Below are positions 46,029 to 56,387 of a DNA stretch of 64,000 nucleotides, piece after piece. The stretch lies in the IMG/VR virus record IMGVR_UViG_3300035703_000005, positions 124,001 to 188,000 of that record; one strand, 5' to 3'. The position numbers and the translations under genes were made by a program. The notes below the pieces were generated by a model that was not told the origin of the DNA, did not search any database, and saw nothing but the letters and a program-made list of their open reading frames with translations. Each line of letters begins with the position of its first letter. Position 1 is the first letter of the stretch.

Positions 46029-46859
46029 TTAACCTATTAGATCTAGTGGTGGTAATTCATATTCATCCTTGAGTTGCTGCTCAAGTTTTTCAATCTCCGC
46101 AACTCCATCATCATAAATTTGTCTACCATTTAGAACAATTCCTCCAGGAAGTTGAACTCCTTGGAACTTACTCATATTTTGACCCCACTGTTTCTTAATA
46201 AGAGCAGTAAGATATTTCTTTAACCACCAATCATTGTATAGTTTTGGTGCATCATTTGGATCCAAAATTCGGTAACAATCAATAATCACATACTCATTTT
46301 CACCAACTTGAGACCAATCAATGTCCAAGTATAACTTATGATTTTTCTTATTGAATCTAATCTGTGCATGAGGATTTAGAAGAAAATCCAAATCCTCAAG
46401 ATATCTTTTAACCATCGCATAATTTAGAAGATCTAATGCACCATAATAATAAACATCATTCAAAAATAACTGATATTTAATATTAAATAGACCATCAGAA
46501 ATTGTACTAGAATTAATTTTGAGAATATTATTTACACCTATAATACTGTCTGGAAGAGGTAAATAATTGACCCCTTCAACATAAGTGAGAGATGTTAATC
46601 CTGCTCCAACAACCGTTGGGGATGTTGTTGCAGACCCTACTGGCCCAGGTTGAGCTAAAGTTGTTTTAGTTGCAGGAGTAAGTTTATGTTTTAAAAATAC
46701 ACGATCAATTCCATCATAGTGACGTTCGTGATAATACTGAATTGCATCATCAATTAAATTATCAATCTGATCGTCGTCTACATTTATTTCTAAAACTGGC
46801 TTTCCTAATTGTTTGAGGCAATAGTCTTTCAACTCCGCTCTACTAGATGGTTGCGCCAT
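46029..46859 (-). CDS. gp13: Neck protein (gp13)
   Basis: LGKPVLEINVDDDQ, QWGQNMSKF, LPGGIVLNG. Confidence 0.95.
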   Translation of the reverse strand: MAQPSSRAELKDYCLKQLGKPVLEINVDDDQIDNLIDDAIQYYHERHYDGIDRVFLKHKLTPATKTTLAQPGPVGSATTSPTVVGAGLTSLTYVEGVNYLPLPDSIIGVNNILKINSSTISDGLFNIKYQLFLNDVYYYGALDLLNYAMVKRYLEDLDFLLNPHAQIRFNKKNHKLYLDIDWSQVGENEYVIIDCYRILDPNDAPKLYNDWWLKKYLTALIKKQWGQNMSKFQGVQLPGGIVLNGRQIYDDGVAEIEKLEQQLKDEYELPPLDLIG

Positions 46860-46893
46860 AAAAAATACCCCTAGTTTCCTAGAGGTATTTATA
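46860..46893 (-). promoter_or_regulatory. Late promoter overlapping a GAAA-loop hairpin directly before gp13
   Basis: TATAAATACCTCTAG-GAAA-CTAGGGGTATTTTTATG. Confidence 0.75.
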
Positions 46894-46910
46894 ATTTATA
46901 GGTTAAGTTT

Positions 46911-49900
46911 TCACTCTCCCTTTAATTTTTTGATCTCTTCACGAAGTTCGTTGATTTGATCTTGTTGTGTCTTAACGGCTTCAATTAATAATGCTGTTAG
47001 GTTAGCATATGCAACAGACTTATGTCCATTTGCATCTGTTGTAACAACTTCAGGTACAACTTCTTCAATTTCTTGAGCGATTACACCAATTTCAGTTCCT
47101 GGAGTTTCGAGTCTTTCGAAAGTTACTCCACGCATGTTTAGGATCTTATCAAGAGCATCTTCAATAGTTTTAATATTCTTCTTGAATCTTGCGTCAGAGG
47201 ATGCAGTTACCGTTCCACCAAATGTAGCATTATTATTTGTAAGATCAATTTGTAGTGGCCAAACACTATTAACTTGTGTCCAAGTTTCACTATCATTTGA
47301 TCCACGAAGAACATAGAAAATATTAGAGTTGCAATGGATCATTGATACGTTATGATCCGTATCACGTAGATAAATCGTGGGCGTTGTACCTCTCAGTATC
47401 ATTGCACCTTGAACGAATCTATTATTAGTATCCGCAGTGATATTGTGAGTTGCTGCTGTATGTGTTGATGCTGTAATAGTTGCTCCAGTAATATTGCCAG
47501 AACCATCTCTAGCAACAATTGTATTTGCCGTTGCAGCAGTTGCAGAATTTAATCCATCAAGTAGATCGGCATTCAAGTTAGTAACTACTGTTGTTGAAGA
47601 AACTGTAAGTGGTGCAGTTCCAGTTGCAACTGTAGATGTTAAAGTAGTTGCTGAAAGGGCACCAACAAGAGTTAATGCACCAGCTCCGGTTAAAGTTGCA
47701 GCAAGTGTTGTACCACCATACCACTTAAATTGTTGTGAAGTTGTTGGAACACCAGACCATAATGTAGAACCATCAATACCTAATGCATAATCTGCTGCTG
47801 AACCACTAATACTATTATAGAGAACAATCTTAGTTCCAAGACTTCTTGTGGTAAACGCTGGAGCAGCAACTCCAGTTGTACCAAAAGTAATCCAATTGTT
47901 TGTAGTTCCACTAAATGTCAATTGTGCAGTCGATGTTGAACCTGCAGAAGAAAGTTCAAGTCTTCCCGCAAAAATTTGATTACTTGCATCTCTTCTTACA
48001 ATTGCATTTGCAGTGTTTGAAGTATCAGATGCATATCCATTTAATAAAGCAGCATTTAGATTTGAAACCTCAGTTGTAGAAGATACTGTGAATGGAGCGG
48101 TTCCTGTAGAAACTGTAGATGTAAATCTAGTACTTTGGAGTGCTCCAGTAAATGTTGCATTACCACCATTACCCAAAGTAAATACATCTGTTCCACTGGA
48201 GTTTCTGCCAATTAAACTAGTAGTGAACTGTAAGTAGAGATTATTGCTGGAGAATTGAATCTTGCCAGCCTTTTCACCTGTCCAAGTTCCTGTGGTAAAG
48301 GAAATATCATAACCTGTTTGAACTGCAATATCTCTGGTTGTTATAGTACCAGTAAATGTTGGAGTGGTGGTAAGGGTGTAAGCGGTTCCATTACCTAATA
48401 ACAATGATCCACTTGGAGGTAATCCTGTTAATCCAGTACCACCTCTTGTAATTGAAACAGTACCTTGGTGATTAGCCACATCTAAATGATATGAAGAGTT
48501 ATTTCCTCCAAGAGTAGCAGCATCAACATCACCACCTTGAGATGATGTCTTAATTTGAATCTGACCATCAGATCCAACATTAAATGTTGATGTTTTGAAT
48601 TGCGCAACACCAATTGTTGAGTATGTATCAATAGTTGGTAGAGCTCTATTGAGTTTAATTTCAATATTACCATAGTAAGTATTAACTCCAACCCCACCTG
48701 GAGCTAAATCCGAAGAAGTTGCACTAACTTGTACTGGTTGAGTTGTACCAAATCCTACAGAGGAAACGGCCTTTGCCCAAGCAGAGTCTCCTCTCAAGAA
48801 CGTTTCGTTATTTGCACTACCACTACCAGCAAGTCTAGTGGTATTAATAACACCAGTAATGATATTAGAGGCATCAATATCTCCACCACCGACAGCAGAC
48901 CAGTTGGAAGATAGTTGGCCAGAAGTATTAACAACAGAAGTGAAAGATACATTTTGTTTTGTGAACGAAACTATACCACTTCCACTTGTACCTAGTGATA
49001 TTTCATCTAATATTAGACCATTGATAGATGAAAGAGCACTGGATCTACTTTCATGTAAAGTAAATGAGTTTGTTGTTACAGAACCCACGAAGTAATAGAA
49101 TCCTGTAGAAATACCTGATGGTAGAGTTCCAACACCTGCAGCTGCATTAATTTGGATTGGGTCACCTTGAGTAAACCCATGATTTGTAAGTACAACTTGA
49201 TTAGTTTCTGTTGAAAATGCAACTCTTGTTAATGTCTGTGTTCCAGTACCAGAAGCACTAAGATCAATTGGTGTTGTTAACGCATAATTTGAATGAAGTG
49301 TATAGGAACTTATTCCAACTTTTTTGACATAATAAACTTCATTATCAACTAATGGAGTAACAGGAGTTCCCGAAGTGGTATATTTTACTGGATCACCATC
49401 TTCAAATGGGAAGAATGTAGTAGTAACTCTATCATTAGTAAAGTCAATATTTCCACCAACATCAATTCCTGTTCCATTAAATGAGAAACTTGTAGTTGTT
49501 CCTACATTAGTTGAAATTGCAACAGCATTTCTATCTGCAATGTAATCGGCCAATACTGGAGTTGGTGTAAATTTAGCATTATTAAGAAGATTAACGTATA
49601 ATCTAGTCTCCACACTAGCAATTTGAACTGTAAAATTAGATCCTCCACTTCTACCACCAATTGGAGTAGGATCATTAAGAGTCAATAAATCATTGACTGC
49701 AAAATAACGACCACCGGTATTGATGGCAACGGATTGAACTGTACCTGCAGCACTAACCGTAATTGTACCTGTTATTCCTGTACCAATACCACTAGCAGTG
49801 TCAAATCTTACACCAGTATAAATTCCAGCTTGAGAATATCCACTTCCTCCTGTCAGAGATTTTAGAGTTAAAGCAACACCTCTAACCAATCCAGTTGTTC

Positions 49901-52900
49901 CATAACCAACCTGAGGGAAACTTAGTCCCGCATTTGTAGTTATCCCTGTGGTTGTATTGACACCAATGTATGGAGGACGAGTAACAACCCCAGTCACCGC
50001 ACCTTGATTGAGAACACTAACTATAATGTCTCCATTTTGGAAGTTATAAACACTACTGTTATTAAGAATGATATATTGAGAATAAGTATCACTTGTAAGA
50101 ACATATGGAGATGTTGGTTCAATAACAGTATCACCATTTAGTAGACCTAAAGCGGGAATTTGGTTATGTAATTGCAATCTACCATAATTATAAGGTGTTC
50201 TGTAAAAATTAGAAACTTTAGGTGGAATTAGGTCAGCGTTGATCTGTCCAATAGCATTTAATTGAACAATAGCATTAGGAACAGCATTAGTAGATACGGA
50301 TTTATCAATAAACCCGCCAAGTCTACTATTAAGGAATGATCTTGTTGCAAGTTGAGTTGGAACTCTCCTATTCAATGGTCCACCAAGTTCATTATCACCG
50401 AGTCCAGAATCTGTAGAGAATTCTTCAATAGAAACACCACCCGAAAGTGATAGTCTAAGAGAATCGAGAGTACCAATTGTTACAGTATTGTTGAAGATAA
50501 TATTACCCGTTCTGTTGAATGCGGTAATAAAGTCTCCAATCTTGAAGTCACCAAGTTCATTGGTGCCGGATGAGAATACTCTTCCACCACGTTCAGAAAC
50601 TTGTTCAGTTCTGGCATCGGTCTTACCTCCATTTTGTGGTAGGGCATTATAATCAATACCAGATCCAGAATATTCCCAAGTATGACCAGATGAGTTAATA
50701 ATTGATGGTCTATGCCAATGTAACTTATAAGTTTCTGGAAGATTTTGAACACCTTGAATACTTTGACCTACCAAAGTAGAATCAATCTTACTATTAGTAG
50801 ACCAATATGTCGTTAATCCCGCAATAACAGTTACTGCAACACCTATTGGAGATCCGCTATGATCTGTTATATTAAGAATCGTAGTTCCATTGGAGATTGC
50901 AAAGTTTCTTCTAATGCCTTCAGAAAGTTCAACGGAAACAATCAACTCCCTTGAAGTTTGATTGTATGTGTATGCAATACCAACCGCTGTTCCACCAACA
51001 ACTGTTTGAGTAATTTCTCTACCGGAAACAAAGTTAGCTGTGCTCCCAACCCCAGCAAGAGTAAGTTTTTGATAAGAATTATGTCTGTCAAGAACTGATG
51101 ATGCAAAAAATTCAAAAGTATTTTTTTGAAATGTGTGAATACCAGTAGATACCGAAGTCAAATCAACAATTCTAGTTAATCCATCATCTTCTGCTAATCT
51201 AAACGAATTGGAATCATTATAAACAACATAATATTGGTTTCCATTAACTAATCCACCTATAATTCTGTTAGGTATAACTCCTTCATCACCAAAATAAACG
51301 ATACTATCACCATTACTGAATGGATGTGAGGTAATGTTAATAGTATCGTTTGCGATGTTTACAACTCCACCATCAGTTACTGCAGTTCCAACAAACTCTG
51401 ATGTTATTGGACTTGCTTTGAAGTTTTGAGTTACATCTTGATTCGCATTATTGAATATTCTTGCAACATAAAGATCCTGATCAGATCTTCCAAGACCAAC
51501 AACTTTTAATGTAGTTAATCCACCAGAAGTACCTGTAGCAGCAATTCTTCCCCTATCAAATCTAAAGGAATTTGGACTAAATCCGGTAGATCTGAGTGCA
51601 TATAATCCAAAGTTAGTTGCTGAGTTTGTAATAGATAGATATCCGCCGGACTGTGTTAGGGAACCATATCTACAGAAAATTTGGAAACAAGAGACAACCT
51701 GTGCATATCCATCATTAATTGTTCTCCAACCAATACCACCAAAAGAAACCATGGTGAATGCAGCTGCAACCATGGATTTACCTTGTTCAGGTTGATCACC
51801 TTCTAGTGGTATTTCAGCTTCTTGTCTAATAACAGGAATATTTGGAGTTTGTACTTTATTACCATCAACTAGAATACCATTTGCACCTAAGAAAGACAAG
51901 ATGGAACAGTTCTGAATATATGGAGATCTTGAAATAATTGGAGGATCTATTTTCGTGGCATATCCAGATCTAGATGTCAATTGATCCTGTGGGTCATCAA
52001 AAGCAACAGCATAATTCCAAGTACTTAGTGGAATACCAGCCTCGTCAACGGAATCTTTTAATGCAAATCCTGTGACATATACTCCGTTTCTGACCCTGAA
52101 CATATCCTTACCGGAGTTCAGAGGTCTAATAATGGTATTTCTCAGGTTATCACCTACAATTGCAACGTCGTCATAAAGAATAATCGGATTGTCCTCTATG
52201 TATTCTCCAGCCTCGACAAAAATGCAAATTGGTTTAGACTGTGTTTGTGGAATACTAAGTTGTGGCGCTATATTAGTGCCATATCCAACAACACTAGTAA
52301 TAATACCGACATAATTTACAAGCGCGCTTCTAACATCTGCACAATCAGTAATACCAAGATTGATTGAAGAAATTCCAGAAAGACTTCCGGTGAGTACCGC
52401 AGTAGTAAGAATTCCAACAAGAGAGTCAATCGTTGCTTGAGTATTTGCACATACCGCAGACCCTTTGTTAGTTCCGATTCCGGCATCATTTTGAATTGTT
52501 AAATCTTGGTAATTTAACTGGTTAGTTACAGCTAACTTAGAGTAATATGCAAGACTTGTAAAAGCATAACCAGATATTACCTCTTCATTAACTAATCCAT
52601 CTGTTCTAGCGACACCAGTTCCATCAAAATATTTCTTAGTTGCATAAATTATATGTTGATTTGTTCCATAGGAAATATCTTCTGCAACTGCATTAACAAT
52701 ATATCCAAGATCTCTAGCGCACTTTCTCCCACCAACAACATTAGTAGTACCAATACCTACAAAGTCTCTTACATTAAATTCTGAATTAACTAAGAAGTAA
52801 CCATAATTAGTTGTGGTTCCGATTCCAGCAGTACTGCCAGCAGAAATAACACTTGTTACAATACCAACGAGACTTGAAATTGTTGCTCTAACATTTGCAC

Positions 52901-55900
52901 AGGAAGTTGGACTAGTATTTGATCCAGTTGCAGGATCTGCAGTAATAGTTAAATCCTTATTTGTCAATAAATTGCAAACTGCAGATGACATACCAACTTT
53001 AGCTTGCTCAAATGCATAAACAGATTCAGTTTCTTCACCCAAAAGTCCATTACTAATTGGATTTCCTACATTATCAAAATAAAATCCAACAAAACTTCTT
53101 GCATAATTATTACCACCCGTAAATACGTCAGTAGAAATGGCATCAACAAAGTAACCCAAGTCCCTCTTACACTTAGTTTGTGTTGTAGAAATACCTGGAT
53201 AAACGGATACTGTTGCATTCCAAGCATAATCAATAATTTCTTGTCTATTGATTTGAATTAACTTATATGAATCATAGTATCTGGATCTTTCATTCGTTTC
53301 TTCTTCTCCTGGGAAGTAAAATCCAGTAGTCGCTGCAAGAGCGACAGAAGCGAGAGATTTATCAATAATTTCTTGTCTATTACCTACAATTAAATTTCTA
53401 GCATCTTTAGATCTATGGAAATAATTTATATTAATATTTTCTGGATCCTGTGTAATTGTAAAATCAAATATTTGATTTTCTATAATTGGGAACTGATATA
53501 AAGTAGGAGGAGACTGATTGTTAATAATATATTGGCCAATAAATTTGACATAATCTAATGCAAATATGATGGGATCCTCTTCTCCGGCAAAAGTGCCGTT
53601 ATTTACAAATTCAAAGGCAATTTCTCTAGACTTGGAATTCCCACCGAATCTAATGTCATAAGTTAAATACTCTACAACAGATGATATTCCAGCTTTCCAA
53701 GTATTTGCATCAAAATCTGGGAAAATGGTAGAAACACCAATATTTTCATAGTTAAACTGCACATATGCTACCGCTTCTTCAGTAATAAAATCTTTGTTGG
53801 ATTCTAGAAGGTTACCAGCGTCAAGATATCTTTGTCCAGGAATTACAAAACTATCAAATGATGCTAACTGAGCAGCCTTTTTAATTGTTTTAACAGGAAG
53901 AGCTCTACCATCATACGAATCATCTCCATTCTGTGAAGAAACATAATATCTACTTTCAAAAAGTCCAGCACCATTAGTAGTAAATCCTAATGTACCATCT
54001 GGCAATAATCCTAAAAGTTGTCCGGCTGTACCTTTACTTGGAGGTAAAGTTAAGGTGTAATTTGTTGCAACTCCAGAATTCGAAAGTTCAATCGTTACAG
54101 TTTTATTTTGATTACCTAAAAGTGTATTAACACCCACAAAAGATAAGGTAGAAACACCAACTTCATTTAAAGTAGAAATTCCTGAATAGTTTAGATTAGT
54201 ACCGGAAATATTTGTAACAAATCCAGCAGCAACTCTTAGACTATTAATTCCAGAAACTGATGAACTAGTTCCATCAATTGTAACTGTACCAGATCCTACT
54301 GAAAGAATACCAGTAATTCTAACATCTCCCGAAACAATTAAATCAGTATTTCCAATACCTATAGTAACATTACCAAATGTAGATAATCCAGTATAATTAA
54401 TATCAGATCCATTCAGATAAGTTATAAAACCAACAAAAGATTCTAATCTCTGAACAGTACCGATACCTGTTACATCAAAATAAGTTGCAAACCCGGTATT
54501 AGTATAAGAAGTACTAATAAATGCAACATCTAAGGTTGAAAATCCGACCTGAGATGAAGTTAAAATGCCTGAATTTGCATAAAAAACATCAATTCTAGCT
54601 TCATTTATAGATGCGGTAGTTCCAATGCCAACTCCAAAGAATATATCGGATGAATATAATGTATCAATATTGGCGGCAGTAATAATACCGGAATTAATAT
54701 TTGCAGATCCAATATGAGTATCAGTAATGTTAAATGTTGATGATATACCAGAATTAATATACGCTAAATTTATTGAGCTTGTACCTATATTAAAACTAGT
54801 AGCTATACCTACATCAATATTAGCTAAATTTATATTAGCAGTATTGATACCTGCAGTAGTTATTATACCAGAATTAATATAGGCAGAATTAACATATAAA
54901 TCAGTTGATGATAAATTTGAGATCGTAAAGCTAGTTGCAATACCACTGTCTACAAATAGATCATCAACTCTAGCTGTTTGTATTCCAATTTCAGTTGCAA
55001 TACCAATGTTGACGTATAAATTATCTGATCTTAAACTGGAAATTCCAACAGTAGTACCAATACCAACATTAAAGAAAGATGTACTAGCGACAGATGTATC
55101 TACATTGAAATATTGAGCGATTAAATTAGTTGCAATACCAGAAGTAATATATGCTTCATTCAATCTTGCGCTGGAAATTCCGACAGTAGTACCAATACCA
55201 ACATTAATATAAGCTTGATCAATTGTAGCAGTACCTAATCCAGTATTTGTAATAATTCCACTTGTTATATAAGCAGTATCCACTAAAGCAGTAGTAATAA
55301 TTCCTGTATTTACTCTTGCAGTATCTGTGGTTGATTCATTACTTACGTATAATTTAGTTACGGATTCTTCTTGAGCCTCAATTACATCAATATTTGCTTT
55401 TCCTGAAATCGGATCAGTAAAACTAAAACTGGTAGATATACTTAAATTTGAAAAATAGTATTGATTTAATGGACCAAATTCAAAATCTCTCGTTCCTGTT
55501 ACCGAAATAATGTCATTTACTACAATTTCTCCAATATTAATACTTACAATTTGAGTATTATTTGGAGTTCCTGAACTTGGATCGTATAAAATTGAATACC
55601 CTACAACTAAATCAGTCGTTGTTATTCCTGTAATAATTGTACCAGCAGAAGAAACTGTTCCAGATGCAGTTATTACACCAACAGTTCCTGTAGTATTTTG
55701 GGATAAAAATACAGATCCATTTAAAAATGAACTTAATGAAGATATTGTAGTATTCGGAAGAACTCCAAAACCACTTACTGCATAACCAACAGCTAGAACT
55801 GATGTATCAATTCCAACATACGGATCAATTAAATGATTTCCATTTGAAGTTGCAACATAAGCAGAGGTAGATATTTGACTATCAGATGTAAACTCACTTA

Positions 55901-56339
55901 TGGTAATACTGTCAATACCTATAGATATAACAGTTGCAGCTGCAGAAATAGTTGTATTTGTTACATAATATCCTACACGAATATTATTTGTAGCAATTCC
56001 TGTAATAAAATTGTTTGGAGTATCGCTTATGATTCCACTTCTAACTACAGGTTCTTCGTAATTTATAAAAAGACTTCTAGTTGTTAAATTACCAGCAATA
56101 TAAGCATTTCCAATTACACCCAATTCACTTTCTGTTCCACTGGTTCCAATACCAACAGATACTTTATTAATAATATTTTGAGTGGCAGCAACACCCACTA
56201 GATAGTGACCACCAGGTGTAGATCCGTCATGAACAACAGCTACATCCAGATTAGTATCAATCGTTAATTCTCCTACTGCCCCCGTAAATACTAAGTGTTC
56301 TGATGTGGACCCTCTTCTAAGTTGTACCTGTTTGGTCAT
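46911..56339 (-). CDS. Giant tail fibre / adhesin (3142 aa) with C-terminal S74-type intramolecular chaperone
   Basis: N-terminal QLRRGS...FTGAVGELT (Mtd-N-like); GIxT repeats; beta-helix (EAGEYIED, SPYIQNCS); C-terminal SDARFKKNI...GVIAQE...VAY plus coiled coil. Confidence 0.9.
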   Translation of the reverse strand: MTKQVQLRRGSTSEHLVFTGAVGELTIDTNLDVAVVHDGSTPGGHYLVGVAATQNIINKVSVGIGTSGTESELGVIGNAYIAGNLTTRSLFINYEEPVVRSGIISDTPNNFITGIATNNIRVGYYVTNTTISAAATVISIGIDSITISEFTSDSQISTSAYVATSNGNHLIDPYVGIDTSVLAVGYAVSGFGVLPNTTISSLSSFLNGSVFLSQNTTGTVGVITASGTVSSAGTIITGITTTDLVVGYSILYDPSSGTPNNTQIVSINIGEIVVNDIISVTGTRDFEFGPLNQYYFSNLSISTSFSFTDPISGKANIDVIEAQEESVTKLYVSNESTTDTARVNTGIITTALVDTAYITSGIITNTGLGTATIDQAYINVGIGTTVGISSARLNEAYITSGIATNLIAQYFNVDTSVASTSFFNVGIGTTVGISSLRSDNLYVNIGIATEIGIQTARVDDLFVDSGIATSFTISNLSSTDLYVNSAYINSGIITTAGINTANINLANIDVGIATSFNIGTSSINLAYINSGISSTFNITDTHIGSANINSGIITAANIDTLYSSDIFFGVGIGTTASINEARIDVFYANSGILTSSQVGFSTLDVAFISTSYTNTGFATYFDVTGIGTVQRLESFVGFITYLNGSDINYTGLSTFGNVTIGIGNTDLIVSGDVRITGILSVGSGTVTIDGTSSSVSGINSLRVAAGFVTNISGTNLNYSGISTLNEVGVSTLSFVGVNTLLGNQNKTVTIELSNSGVATNYTLTLPPSKGTAGQLLGLLPDGTLGFTTNGAGLFESRYYVSSQNGDDSYDGRALPVKTIKKAAQLASFDSFVIPGQRYLDAGNLLESNKDFITEEAVAYVQFNYENIGVSTIFPDFDANTWKAGISSVVEYLTYDIRFGGNSKSREIAFEFVNNGTFAGEEDPIIFALDYVKFIGQYIINNQSPPTLYQFPIIENQIFDFTITQDPENININYFHRSKDARNLIVGNRQEIIDKSLASVALAATTGFYFPGEEETNERSRYYDSYKLIQINRQEIIDYAWNATVSVYPGISTTQTKCKRDLGYFVDAISTDVFTGGNNYARSFVGFYFDNVGNPISNGLLGEETESVYAFEQAKVGMSSAVCNLLTNKDLTITADPATGSNTSPTSCANVRATISSLVGIVTSVISAGSTAGIGTTTNYGYFLVNSEFNVRDFVGIGTTNVVGGRKCARDLGYIVNAVAEDISYGTNQHIIYATKKYFDGTGVARTDGLVNEEVISGYAFTSLAYYSKLAVTNQLNYQDLTIQNDAGIGTNKGSAVCANTQATIDSLVGILTTAVLTGSLSGISSINLGITDCADVRSALVNYVGIITSVVGYGTNIAPQLSIPQTQSKPICIFVEAGEYIEDNPIILYDDVAIVGDNLRNTIIRPLNSGKDMFRVRNGVYVTGFALKDSVDEAGIPLSTWNYAVAFDDPQDQLTSRSGYATKIDPPIISRSPYIQNCSILSFLGANGILVDGNKVQTPNIPVIRQEAEIPLEGDQPEQGKSMVAAAFTMVSFGGIGWRTINDGYAQVVSCFQIFCRYGSLTQSGGYLSITNSATNFGLYALRSTGFSPNSFRFDRGRIAATGTSGGLTTLKVVGLGRSDQDLYVARIFNNANQDVTQNFKASPITSEFVGTAVTDGGVVNIANDTINITSHPFSNGDSIVYFGDEGVIPNRIIGGLVNGNQYYVVYNDSNSFRLAEDDGLTRIVDLTSVSTGIHTFQKNTFEFFASSVLDRHNSYQKLTLAGVGSTANFVSGREITQTVVGGTAVGIAYTYNQTSRELIVSVELSEGIRRNFAISNGTTILNITDHSGSPIGVAVTVIAGLTTYWSTNSKIDSTLVGQSIQGVQNLPETYKLHWHRPSIINSSGHTWEYSGSGIDYNALPQNGGKTDARTEQVSERGGRVFSSGTNELGDFKIGDFITAFNRTGNIIFNNTVTIGTLDSLRLSLSGGVSIEEFSTDSGLGDNELGGPLNRRVPTQLATRSFLNSRLGGFIDKSVSTNAVPNAIVQLNAIGQINADLIPPKVSNFYRTPYNYGRLQLHNQIPALGLLNGDTVIEPTSPYVLTSDTYSQYIILNNSSVYNFQNGDIIVSVLNQGAVTGVVTRPPYIGVNTTTGITTNAGLSFPQVGYGTTGLVRGVALTLKSLTGGSGYSQAGIYTGVRFDTASGIGTGITGTITVSAAGTVQSVAINTGGRYFAVNDLLTLNDPTPIGGRSGGSNFTVQIASVETRLYVNLLNNAKFTPTPVLADYIADRNAVAISTNVGTTTSFSFNGTGIDVGGNIDFTNDRVTTTFFPFEDGDPVKYTTSGTPVTPLVDNEVYYVKKVGISSYTLHSNYALTTPIDLSASGTGTQTLTRVAFSTETNQVVLTNHGFTQGDPIQINAAAGVGTLPSGISTGFYYFVGSVTTNSFTLHESRSSALSSINGLILDEISLGTSGSGIVSFTKQNVSFTSVVNTSGQLSSNWSAVGGGDIDASNIITGVINTTRLAGSGSANNETFLRGDSAWAKAVSSVGFGTTQPVQVSATSSDLAPGGVGVNTYYGNIEIKLNRALPTIDTYSTIGVAQFKTSTFNVGSDGQIQIKTSSQGGDVDAATLGGNNSSYHLDVANHQGTVSITRGGTGLTGLPPSGSLLLGNGTAYTLTTTPTFTGTITTRDIAVQTGYDISFTTGTWTGEKAGKIQFSSNNLYLQFTTSLIGRNSSGTDVFTLGNGGNATFTGALQSTRFTSTVSTGTAPFTVSSTTEVSNLNAALLNGYASDTSNTANAIVRRDASNQIFAGRLELSSAGSTSTAQLTFSGTTNNWITFGTTGVAAPAFTTRSLGTKIVLYNSISGSAADYALGIDGSTLWSGVPTTSQQFKWYGGTTLAATLTGAGALTLVGALSATTLTSTVATGTAPLTVSSTTVVTNLNADLLDGLNSATAATANTIVARDGSGNITGATITASTHTAATHNITADTNNRFVQGAMILRGTTPTIYLRDTDHNVSMIHCNSNIFYVLRGSNDSETWTQVNSVWPLQIDLTNNNATFGGTVTASSDARFKKNIKTIEDALDKILNMRGVTFERLETPGTEIGVIAQEIEEVVPEVVTTDANGHKSVAYANLTALLIEAVKTQQDQINELREEIKKLKGE

Positions 56340-56387
56340 AGTACTATACGACTCAAATTACTATTTCTTCTAATTTATTTATCAGAA

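Noticed and set aside
46911-56339. Diversity-generating retroelement suggested by the Mtd-like N-terminus
   Set aside because: No reverse transcriptase or TR/VR pair was seen, and the C-terminus is an S74-type chaperone, not a C-type lectin variable region.
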